Shown in pieces: positions 48,751-56,984 of a DNA stretch of 64,000 nucleotides; the first letter of the stretch is position 1; each line of letters starts with the position of its first letter. The stretch covers positions 163,084-227,083 of the forward strand of contig JAJDUD010000024.1 of assembly GCA_022826825.1 (NCBI GenBank), given 5' to 3'. This DNA is from Acidobacteriota bacterium. Its GTDB lineage: Bacteria > Acidobacteriota > Vicinamibacteria > Marinacidobacterales > Marinacidobacteraceae. The notes under the pieces were generated by a model. It saw nothing but the letters and a program-made list of their open reading frames with translations. It did no database searches and was not told the origin of the DNA. The position numbers were made by a program, and so were the translations under genes.

Positions 48751-49002
48751 ATGAGAAACGGCGACGAGATGTTGCAGCAGATTGTCGAGAAGTCCGCCCT
48801 CGATGCGGACTTCCGGCGGCAGCTTCTGGCAGATCCGAAGAGCACCATTAGTGCGGAACTGGGGATCACGATTCCCGATTCCATGACCGTCAAGGTCCAC
48901 GAGAGCGACATGCAGACCGTGCATCTCGCGCTGCCCCCGGATCCGAACATCACCGAGGAGCAACTCGAAGCGATCTCGGCCGGCCTCTGCTGCTGCTGGT
49001 AG
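48751..49002 (+). CDS. NHLP (nitrile-hydratase-like leader peptide) family RiPP precursor, predicted core LCCCW
   Basis: ATG at 48751 with a strong RBS, 83 aa. IVEKSALDADFRRQLLADPKSTISAELGITIPDSMTVKVHESDMQTVHLALPP matches the NHLP leader. EEQLEAISAG matches the usual ...EELEAVAGG junction. It is followed by only LCCCW and a stop. Confidence 0.85.
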   Translation: MRNGDEMLQQIVEKSALDADFRRQLLADPKSTISAELGITIPDSMTVKVHESDMQTVHLALPPDPNITEEQLEAISAGLCCCW

Positions 49003-49042
49003 GTCCAACAACCGGTTCGTAGCCGGTCCCGACGGCAGTCGA

Positions 49043-49066
49043 CGGATACGGAGAGTTCCGTATCCG
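49043..49066. terminator. perfect 10-bp hairpin between the convergent precursor gene and the modification operon
   Basis: CGGATACGGA-GAGT-TCCGTATCCG followed by GGTTTCG. It lies between stop codons at 49002 (+) and 49189 (-). Confidence 0.5.
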
Positions 49067-49188
49067 GGTTTCGACGCCGGCTGAGCTGACCCCCCGGCCT
49101 CGCTCGGGGACGGGGAAGTCTGTGCTTGCCGCCGTCTCGCGGGGCGTCTCGAACTCAGGCGCGAGGTTGAGAGTGCCCGGACACCCGG

Positions 49189-50304
49189 CTAGGAGATCGC
49201 GCCGGAGAGCACCATGAACACGTAGGCCTTGGCCGCGCGAAGCTGGTTGCCGGACAGGACCAGCTTGACGTGGTGGATTCCACGTAGCAGGACATAGCGC
49301 CCGGACTTCGCAAAGAGCGTGGTCGGCCTCGAGACCCAGTCGGCAAGCGCGTCGAGCTTTTCCGGGAACACGAGCTCCTCGTGACCGAGGGCTTTGAGGA
49401 ACGGTTGCCAATCGGTGAGGCCGTCGAGCCAGTAGCGTGAGCCCTTCGTGTACCGCTGTTTGACGATGAGCGTCAGTCCGAGTGTGGGGCCGACGCCGTC
49501 TTCCAGTACGTCGATGTTCACGCCGCTTCTGACGATGTGCGCGCGCTCCTGGAAGCGGGAGATCACGGAGTGGACGGCCGGGAGTTCCCCCGGCCAACCC
49601 GTGTTCGCGAGATACGAACCTGCTTCCCGCTCCGACTGGAAACCCATGACCGCCAGGCGAATGGCGCGGGAGCGGGACGGGAACACACCGAACGAATCCA
49701 TGCGCGTATCTTCCGGTTGCGCCAGGTAGGCCCGTTCGACGTTGTCCCGCTCGGCGGGGGTCAATGCCCAGCCCACGCTGGAAGCGAGCGCGTCAACCAC
49801 CAGACGGACGTCCTTCGCCTGACCTCCGGCGCCGATGATCGGACGTTCCCCGGGCCGCAGGAAGATGCCGGGAAGTGAGTCCCCATCGTCCCGCCCAAGT
49901 CCGATGTCGAATTCCAGCATCAGTTTGCGGCCGACGATCTCGCGCAGCGGCGAGTTCTCGGCCTCCATCCGGCGGAACAGCCGCGCAATCACCCTCGCCG
50001 TCTCGTCTCCCTTCCCGCTCCGGACGCGCTCGGCGAAGAACGCCGCGGTCCGCGTCCCGCTCGCCAGGGAGACGCCCAGGTCCGCCCTTGGCGTCGCTTC
50101 ATGCAGCGGCAGTTCGAAGCCGAAGGGCAGGGCGCCCATCGTGATCGGGAGTTCGCCGGCGCGCTCGAGGATGAGCTCCCACTCCGGGTCGCCGATCAGA
50201 ACCGGCGAGACCCGGTTCCGGAAGTGGCGCAGCAGATCGCTCAGGGCGCCGCCTTCCACGGCGAGACGGTCCTCGGTGAGAGTGACTGCCTCGTCAAGTT
50301 CCAC
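49189..50304 (-). CDS. hypothetical protein, last gene of the RiPP operon (no motif recognised)
   Basis: 371 aa. GTG start with GGAGG 7 nt upstream, 10 nt after the cyclodehydratase stop. Alternating beta/alpha-looking segments ending ...HHVKLVLSGNQLRAAKAYVFMV. Confidence 0.7.
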   Translation of the reverse strand: MELDEAVTLTEDRLAVEGGALSDLLRHFRNRVSPVLIGDPEWELILERAGELPITMGALPFGFELPLHEATPRADLGVSLASGTRTAAFFAERVRSGKGDETARVIARLFRRMEAENSPLREIVGRKLMLEFDIGLGRDDGDSLPGIFLRPGERPIIGAGGQAKDVRLVVDALASSVGWALTPAERDNVERAYLAQPEDTRMDSFGVFPSRSRAIRLAVMGFQSEREAGSYLANTGWPGELPAVHSVISRFQERAHIVRSGVNIDVLEDGVGPTLGLTLIVKQRYTKGSRYWLDGLTDWQPFLKALGHEELVFPEKLDALADWVSRPTTLFAKSGRYVLLRGIHHVKLVLSGNQLRAAKAYVFMVLSGAIS

Positions 50305-50314
50305 CTCAGCCTCC

Positions 50315-52633
50315 TCACGCGATCACCGGTGCGGGGTTCAGGTCCGCTTCGGCAAGGGGATGTTCCAGGCGCCCCATGCGGACCGGCACGTCGTAAAGGC
50401 GCCCGGGAGCGAACCTTGCCCAGAAATGGCGCATGCCGGGCACGATGACCCGCACCACCGGCATCCCGATGTCGGGCCGGGTCTGGTCCAGCACCAGGAA
50501 CTCCATGCCCCTGGTTTCGACGAGCGAGCGGGCGTTCTCCACATCTTCCCGGGTGTCGGTCGTTTCGGACACCGGATACCGGGAGGCCTTCGAGGGAGGC
50601 TGGCCGGCGGCCGGCGTGAGCCAGGGACAATCGGCCAGCCGGCCCGTCTTCCACCACCGAAGCGCCAGCGGATCGTCAATCGTGGGCCCGCCGCCGCGCT
50701 TCCCCGGGTCCGGCAGCCAGGTAAGGCACTGGTTCAGTTCACAGAGCGCCCGGAGCGCCGCGATCCGCGGGTCGTCGTGGGCGCCGGCGCCGTAGATGAT
50801 GTCCTCGGTCGGCGCGGACGGCCGGCGCGAGAGCGCGACGAAGGTGGGAACGCCGATATCCGAGGTGACGTCGAGCATCCACAGCTCTCGCTCGCGGCCG
50901 GCGTAGTAGTCCGGGGCCGATGCCAGGTACGCGTCGTCGAAGCTCGACAGATCGACTGCGGGCGCGCGCAGCCGGTTGTACCACCAGATGGCGAACCCGT
51001 CGCGTTCCGCGAGTTCATAGAAACCCTGGAGGATCGCTTCCTCCAGCGTGTTCCCCGCGGCGCAGCCGTTGGAATCGGCGATCAGGTCCTGGGGCCCGCG
51101 CGCCTCGGCCGGCCTCGAATAGAGCATCGACGTCGGCAGATAGCGGTGCCGGCGCTGCGTCAGCGACCACACGGGGGTCCAGTCGATTGGCGCGTCGGGG
51201 TCGAGACGCGGGGGTACCACGTTGTAGGGATGGCCCTGCGCGTTGACGGCATCCGCATTGTCGAGCTGGCTGTCGCTGAACAGTTGCACGTCGTTGGGAT
51301 GGATCGCCTCGTCCTCCGCGGTGAACTCGCGGAACCGGCGCCGGACGCGGATTTCGTCACCCGAGCCGGCGCCCGAAACACGCTCGATCGCTTCGCACAG
51401 CGCGCTGACCCGGGATTGCTCCGCAGTGCTGCCCTTGCCGGCGCTCTTGCTGCGCAGGCTGCGCCGGAGCGAACTCAGGCTCCGGTAGCTCAGGGCAGGG
51501 TTGCTCCCGGCCCAATAGACGTGCAGCCAGGAGTCGCTCTCGTCCGTGGTACGCGTCAGCCAGGTCACCACTCCGCTCACCGGGCTCACCAGGTGGCGGT
51601 ACTTCGCCAGGGTGACCTCCGGCGGCACCGAGCGCGCGCCGCCGCTGTTGCGATGGGTTTTGGGGCTCGGTTGCAGAGCGAGTGGAACCGGCGGCCGGTC
51701 CGGGCGATAGAGCGCCGCGTCGCCGCAGGCCCGGCACTGCGGCCGGCGGCTTACCGGGTGCCGCGAGCTTCGAAAGGAACCGATGTCCATGGCGATCGCG
51801 TGGTCGTGGATCGGAGCCGCGTCAGACAGCACGATCCACTTGACCACCTCGGCCGCGATCAGCCCGCAGAGCGCTTCCAGCACGGCGGGCTGGGCGGCGA
51901 ACGGCCTGAAGGCAGCCTTCTCCCCCGCGGCGCTGCGCAGGAAACGGTGGACTTCCCGATGGCTGCCCAGCCGGTGCGCGAGACAGGCCCAGCAGGGTCC
52001 CCGGCGGTCCGCCCGAAAGACCGGGCCGAACAGCGGCTCCATGCCGCGGGGCCGCACCACGGTCCACGGCGCCCCCGCTTCGAGCCGGCGACCATTCGCC
52101 TCGCCAAGGCGCGCTTCGAGATAGTCGTCGCAGACCAGGACGGTGAGGTCCGGGTCCCGAGGCCCGACCGCCGCGCCGTTCGCTTCCAGATGCCGGGCGA
52201 ACCGGCCGTCGTCCCCTTCCACGGCGATGCGCGATTCCGCGAGCCGCTGCTCGACCCAGCGTGGCGAGGCGCCCAGCGACGACCAGTAGGCCGCCCGGCG
52301 CCGGTCCAGCGCGTGATCGGCGGAGACGACGTAGCCCCTCGCGGACAGCGAAGCCACGGCGGTGAGCACCTCTGCCGCGGAATGGGTCCCCTCGAGGGCC
52401 GTGACAATCTCGTCGGACGGATGGCGGCCGTCGAGCAGTGGCAGCAGCGTGCGATACAGCTCGCCGTGCAGGAGGGTGTTGAAGGACTCGGAGACCAGCA
52501 GGGTCTGCCGTTCGCCGAGGTCCCGGAACTCCAGGTGCGGGGCCAGCGCCGGAAGCCCGACGAGGCCCTGGTCGGCGGGAGTGGTGCGGGTCAGGATTCC
52601 CTGCCGGGAAACGCCGCCGGTCTGCGCTGGCAT
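50315..52633 (-). CDS. fused TOMM-type cyclodehydratase (E1-like/docking domain + YcaO domain)
   Basis: The ATG at 52633 (MPAQTGG...) lies within track ORF 50315..52783. N-terminal half has the GPCWACLAHRL and PQCRACG Cys pairs of the cyclo_dehyd_2 domain. C-terminal half is YcaO/SagD-like (SAGKGSTAEQSRVSALCEAIER..., ADSNGCAAGNTLEEAILQGFYELAERD, VVRVIVPGM). Confidence 0.85.
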   Translation of the reverse strand: MPAQTGGVSRQGILTRTTPADQGLVGLPALAPHLEFRDLGERQTLLVSESFNTLLHGELYRTLLPLLDGRHPSDEIVTALEGTHSAAEVLTAVASLSARGYVVSADHALDRRRAAYWSSLGASPRWVEQRLAESRIAVEGDDGRFARHLEANGAAVGPRDPDLTVLVCDDYLEARLGEANGRRLEAGAPWTVVRPRGMEPLFGPVFRADRRGPCWACLAHRLGSHREVHRFLRSAAGEKAAFRPFAAQPAVLEALCGLIAAEVVKWIVLSDAAPIHDHAIAMDIGSFRSSRHPVSRRPQCRACGDAALYRPDRPPVPLALQPSPKTHRNSGGARSVPPEVTLAKYRHLVSPVSGVVTWLTRTTDESDSWLHVYWAGSNPALSYRSLSSLRRSLRSKSAGKGSTAEQSRVSALCEAIERVSGAGSGDEIRVRRRFREFTAEDEAIHPNDVQLFSDSQLDNADAVNAQGHPYNVVPPRLDPDAPIDWTPVWSLTQRRHRYLPTSMLYSRPAEARGPQDLIADSNGCAAGNTLEEAILQGFYELAERDGFAIWWYNRLRAPAVDLSSFDDAYLASAPDYYAGRERELWMLDVTSDIGVPTFVALSRRPSAPTEDIIYGAGAHDDPRIAALRALCELNQCLTWLPDPGKRGGGPTIDDPLALRWWKTGRLADCPWLTPAAGQPPSKASRYPVSETTDTREDVENARSLVETRGMEFLVLDQTRPDIGMPVVRVIVPGMRHFWARFAPGRLYDVPVRMGRLEHPLAEADLNPAPVIA

Positions 52634-52665
52634 TCGGCTTTTCCGCGCTGGATCAGCCGGCCCCC

Positions 52666-53985
52666 TCAGGCGCGCGAACGGGAACCAACCTGCAAGACCT
52701 CGACGAGCCGCTCCAGCGCTTCGATGCAGAACGCGGACGTGACGGCTTCGGAGCCGTGCCCGATCTGCCCCACCGTGCCCCACTTCAGGGTCTGGTCACC
52801 GAACGCGAGAAGCTCCGGCCAACTGCCGTCCTCCTGCTGGGAACCCAGCAGTCCTTCCGCCTGGCGCTTCGCGTCGATGCCGTCGAGGCGTCCGATGTTG
52901 TGGAGCGCCGACACCGCCTGGGCGGTCCGCAGCACGTTGCCGAATCCGCCCCGGCCGTCCCCGAGTTCCAGGATGCGATCCGCGAGCACCGGCCGCAGTC
53001 GATCCAGGGCCGGCCGCGCCCGGAGCAGCGCGCGTGACACCGCATAGTAGATCGAGACCTTGTCGGGGTACCACTTGGACGAGCCCTCGACGCCTCCTTC
53101 GGCGATGAGCGCCTCCAGCCAGCGCTGGGCATCCCGGGTTTGTGGGTGGTCGCCAAGATAGGCGATGACGTTCGCATTGACGACGGGGTCGGCTTCGATG
53201 CGAAACGTCGACACCACGCTCGGCTCGTCCTCCGCGAGCACCCAGGTCATGAAACGGCCTTCCTCGTCGCGATTCGCCAGCATGGACGGCACGTTCCTCC
53301 CCAGCAGGATCCAGGGGTGGGTTCCGATGACCATGGAGCACAGCGCCGTGCTGTCGAGGTCCTGGGGGAGATGGCGGTAGTACCGCCAGAGTCCGGGATG
53401 TTCGATGGTGTCGGCCAGGTAGGCCCGGGTGGCGGCGCAGATGGCCCGCGCCCGCGGTTCAGCGCAACATTCGAGGGCGAGCACGCAAAAGGCCGAAACG
53501 AAGGGCGGTCTTTCGAAATGCCGTGGAACGTCCGGATTGCCGACGTTGAACCGGATGCAGTGCCAGGCTCCGTTTTCGTCGATCGTGGATTCCAGGAAAT
53601 CGAGACCCCGGCGGATGCCCGCCCGACCCGCGTCGGCGAGTGCCTCGGGGGTGGCCGCGTCCTTTCCGGCCCTCGCCCGTCCGGGGGCGGGTGGGCGGAG
53701 CGGCGGGGCGGGGTCGTGGAGCGTCTTCTTGAGAAACTCCAGTGACCCGGCGCCCGTCCGGGCCGCGCTGCGCTCGGCCGCGCTGAGTCTGGGGGGCGGC
53801 GGCAACACCACGTGCGTTGTGGCGTAGCTCTCTTCGTGTACGTGGATCGCGTGATCATCGGGGAGCCTCACGCCGAATTCCGCTTCGACCGTTTCCTTTG
53901 GCGCCCGAAGCAGGCGTTCGCGAAAGTCGCGGTCCCGGGAGGCTCTCGACACGAGGACATCGGCGGCCTCCAGCGGTTTCTTCAT
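52666..53985 (-). CDS. NHLP-leader-like domain fused to a squalene-cyclase/prenyltransferase-repeat (alpha/alpha toroid) domain
   Basis: ATG at 53985 (RBS GAGGG), 439 aa. Residues 1-65 align without gaps to the precursor leader (DFR.RLL..PK.T..AE.G...PD....VHE....H..LPP.P). The rest carries QW-type repeats (LDFLESTIDENGAWH, RDEEGRFMTW, GDGRGGFG, LLGSQQEDGSWPE). Confidence 0.8.
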   Translation of the reverse strand: MKKPLEAADVLVSRASRDRDFRERLLRAPKETVEAEFGVRLPDDHAIHVHEESYATTHVVLPPPPRLSAAERSAARTGAGSLEFLKKTLHDPAPPLRPPAPGRARAGKDAATPEALADAGRAGIRRGLDFLESTIDENGAWHCIRFNVGNPDVPRHFERPPFVSAFCVLALECCAEPRARAICAATRAYLADTIEHPGLWRYYRHLPQDLDSTALCSMVIGTHPWILLGRNVPSMLANRDEEGRFMTWVLAEDEPSVVSTFRIEADPVVNANVIAYLGDHPQTRDAQRWLEALIAEGGVEGSSKWYPDKVSIYYAVSRALLRARPALDRLRPVLADRILELGDGRGGFGNVLRTAQAVSALHNIGRLDGIDAKRQAEGLLGSQQEDGSWPELLAFGDQTLKWGTVGQIGHGSEAVTSAFCIEALERLVEVLQVGSRSRA

Positions 53986-54038
53986 GGACGGCCCTCGTTC
54001 GGGTGGGGTTTCATCAACTGCACCGGGGCGCCTTCGGA

Positions 54039-56984
54039 TCAGGCGATCTGCCTCTTGACCAGTTCGCGGAATACCCCGTCCACCTCCATGAGTTCCCTGA
54101 AGGAGCCGCACTGGACCACTCTTCCGGCCCGCAGGACATAGATGCGGTCGGCCTGTTCCAGCGTGGACAGGCGGTGGGCGATGACGAGCCGCGTGGAGGT
54201 CAGGGCCGCGAGGTTCCGCATGACCATGGCCTGGCTTTCGTTGTCCAGCCAGTTGGTCGCTTCGTCGAACAGCATGATCCGCGGGCTGCCGATCACCGAA
54301 CGGGCGATCGTGACGCGCTGGCTCTCGCCGCCGGAAAGGACCGCCCCGGTGGTGCCCACCATGGTCATCAGGCCCATCGGCATGGCCTTGATTTCGTCTT
54401 CGACCCTGGCGGCGCGGAGCGCCTTCCAAACCTCCTCGCTCGTCACCTGATCGTGGTGGCTGACCACGTTGTCCCACAGATCCTGGGGATGCAGACGAAC
54501 GGACTGGGGGACGGCGCCGATGCGCCGGCGGACCTGCTTCAGGTTCAGGTGCCGCAGGTCACGTCCGTCGTAGTACACCGCGCCGGCGGTCGGCCGGTGG
54601 ACCCCCAGCGCAAGCTGGAACAGGGTGCTCTTGCCGGCGCCCGACGCGCCGGCGATCGCGATGAACTCACCGGGGCGGGCGTGAATCGTGACGTCGTCGA
54701 GAATCAGGGGTCCGTCGTCGTCATAGCGGAAGGAAATGCGGTCGAACAGGATGTCGCCGCCCAGGTGTTCCACCGGCTCGCCCTCGACATCGGTCTCGGG
54801 GACGGCGGCGAGCAGCGGACGCATCTGCTCGAACGCCGGCAGCGTGGCGGCAATGGCGCCGACGGAATCCCCGAGCCGCGCCACCGAGGCCTGGAACGTG
54901 AGAAAGACCGTGTAGACCACCAGGAAATCGCCGACCGGCACGTTGCGGTCCCCCGTCGTCACCACCGCGAAGAGCAGCGCTCCGGCGGCCAACAGGGGGA
55001 GTGCGGCGCCGAACGCGCGGGAGTGTCCTTCGAGCGCGCCGAGGTCGAGTTCCGCGCGTTTCTGCTCCCGATAGTCCCGCGCCCACATCGCGAAGGCCGA
55101 TCCTTCCGCGCTCTCGATGCGCAGCTTGGCGATGCCCCCCACGATCTGAAACAGCCGGGCCGCTACGCGCCGGGCGGCGCTGATCATCCGCCCATGGGGT
55201 GCGGTCTGGCGCCACCCGAGGACCAGCGTGATCAGCAGCGACGCCAGGCTGAAGACGAGCGCGATGGTCCCCAGGCGGGCGTCGTAGAAGAAGACCAGGC
55301 CCAGGACCGGAAGCAGGAAAATGCAGGACAGCAGGCTGTCCGCGACCGCTCCCTGCAAGCCGTCGCGCAGATTCTGGAACGTCATTCCCGACATGGCCAG
55401 ATCGCTGGACGGAAGGGGGCGCAAAACGCTCGGGGGCAGGCGCATGAGGCGGTCCCAGAAGGCGGCCTCGACCCGGGAAGCTCCCCGGCCCTCGAGCCGC
55501 ATCATCGCCGAGCTCTGGAACAGGTGCAGCAGGGCGCCGAGCAGGCCGAACCCCGCCACCGTCGCGGCCACGGCATAGAGCGCTCCCGCGTTTCCGCCTG
55601 CCGCCACGTGATTCGCGACGAATCCAAGCGCGAGCGCCGGAACCAGTTTGATCAGTCCGCCCGGCAGCCCGGCCGCCGTTAGCCGCGCCAGGTCCCCGGC
55701 CGATCCGTGGAGGGCGATCCTGAAGAGGTCCGCCGGCTGCACGCGCCGGGATGGCAGTGGCCGATAGAAGACCCAGGCTTCCTCTCCCAGGGCCCCGGCG
55801 CGGTCCGCGCCCAGCCGGACGCTGCGCTTGCTCGCCGGATCGATCTCCCGGTAACGCCCGAACGTTCCCGGCAGGAGCGCCACGGGCCGGCCGTCCTCGG
55901 CGCGGAACGCCAGCATCGCGTTGCTGTCGCCGCGCCACCAGTCGCCCTCGGCCTTGAACCGCACGCGGCGGGCCCGCACCCCCGACGCGTCGAGGATGTC
56001 CACGAGGCCGACCGGGGCATCGGCCGACACTCCCGAACGCACGGGAATCCTGAAGTCGATTCCCTCGTGGCGGCCGATGATTTCGAGCGCCTCCGCCAGC
56101 GCCGTGACTTCGGCACTCGCATCCCGGTCCAGCGGCAGGTCATAGATGTTGAAGAGCCGCTGCCGCGCCGTCTTTTCGGCCGCGCGCCGGCTCGTGGTCT
56201 GGGCGCGTTCGAGATTCGCCTCGTCGACGGTCGCCAGCCGCCGGTTATGGCGTTCCAGGGCGAAAGCAGTCCGGTGGAAGGAAGCGAGCCCGGAAAGCAG
56301 GGCGCCCCGCTGCGCCAGCGTTTCGGTCGATTCGCCGGAAAGGGTGGCCTCGCCGAACACGGTCAGCCAACTGGTCCGCGTCAGGGGCACCGGGACTGCG
56401 GATGCGCCGCCGCTCTCCGCCCGCTCCGCCGGATCGGCGATGCCCATGTAGAGGGTCGCTCCCCGCGGGGGTTCGGATACCCACACCACCGAGCGGCGCA
56501 CCGACAGCGTACCGGGCGTCAGGGTTTGCGTCAGGCCCGGTTCCGCAAGCGCGGTCGCCCGCGGCAGGCGGCTCGCAAAACGCGAGAGGGTGTCCGTGAC
56601 GGCGGACAGCCAGGCGTCTGTCTGTTCCGCCAGCTCCGCCGGATGGACCTCCGACAACAACGACGCCGGGAGGCGCCTCAGAAGGGTGCCGGGCGAGCCC
56701 TTGGCGATCACGCTGAGCCGGGTGTCGTCGTCACCCCCGCCCTCGTCGGGCGGGACGCCCGGCAACAGGCAGCCGGACTCGCGCCGAAGCAGGTGCTGCG
56801 GCGCCGCGCGCTCGACGCCGCCCTGGAATTCCACCAGGAACAGGTTGACCGCACCCCGATCGATGAACCAGACACTGTCCGCGTCGTCCAGCTGCACCGG
56901 CAGGTTGCCGGTGCAGGGCACGGGCGCACCGCAGCGGGCGGCGAGTGCCGCCATGGACGTGGTTCTCGGTCCCGCGTCGTTCAT
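54039..56984 (-). CDS. NHLM-type bacteriocin export ABC transporter, permease/ATPase subunit without an active peptidase domain (ABC2)
   Basis: 981 aa. Long N-terminal extension of about 470 aa, then a six-TM exporter domain. Walker A GASGAGKST, signature LSGGESQR, Walker B IMLFDEAT. The stop/start overlaps the upstream gene (ATGA). Confidence 0.8.
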   Translation of the reverse strand: MNDAGPRTTSMAALAARCGAPVPCTGNLPVQLDDADSVWFIDRGAVNLFLVEFQGGVERAAPQHLLRRESGCLLPGVPPDEGGGDDDTRLSVIAKGSPGTLLRRLPASLLSEVHPAELAEQTDAWLSAVTDTLSRFASRLPRATALAEPGLTQTLTPGTLSVRRSVVWVSEPPRGATLYMGIADPAERAESGGASAVPVPLTRTSWLTVFGEATLSGESTETLAQRGALLSGLASFHRTAFALERHNRRLATVDEANLERAQTTSRRAAEKTARQRLFNIYDLPLDRDASAEVTALAEALEIIGRHEGIDFRIPVRSGVSADAPVGLVDILDASGVRARRVRFKAEGDWWRGDSNAMLAFRAEDGRPVALLPGTFGRYREIDPASKRSVRLGADRAGALGEEAWVFYRPLPSRRVQPADLFRIALHGSAGDLARLTAAGLPGGLIKLVPALALGFVANHVAAGGNAGALYAVAATVAGFGLLGALLHLFQSSAMMRLEGRGASRVEAAFWDRLMRLPPSVLRPLPSSDLAMSGMTFQNLRDGLQGAVADSLLSCIFLLPVLGLVFFYDARLGTIALVFSLASLLITLVLGWRQTAPHGRMISAARRVAARLFQIVGGIAKLRIESAEGSAFAMWARDYREQKRAELDLGALEGHSRAFGAALPLLAAGALLFAVVTTGDRNVPVGDFLVVYTVFLTFQASVARLGDSVGAIAATLPAFEQMRPLLAAVPETDVEGEPVEHLGGDILFDRISFRYDDDGPLILDDVTIHARPGEFIAIAGASGAGKSTLFQLALGVHRPTAGAVYYDGRDLRHLNLKQVRRRIGAVPQSVRLHPQDLWDNVVSHHDQVTSEEVWKALRAARVEDEIKAMPMGLMTMVGTTGAVLSGGESQRVTIARSVIGSPRIMLFDEATNWLDNESQAMVMRNLAALTSTRLVIAHRLSTLEQADRIYVLRAGRVVQCGSFRELMEVDGVFRELVKRQIA

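Noticed and set aside
49189-50304. Could the 371-aa protein be the missing SagB-type azoline dehydrogenase?
   Set aside because: There is no nitroreductase-like pattern (no RRS.R.F-type N-terminal motif and no FMN-binding signature that I can see). I have left it as unknown.
53788-53985. Leader-like N-terminus of the toroid protein as a separate small precursor gene followed by a distinct enzyme gene
   Set aside because: The frame is continuous with no stop between the leader-like part and the toroid domain. There is also no internal RBS/start context at the junction that I could see, so I call it a single fusion protein.
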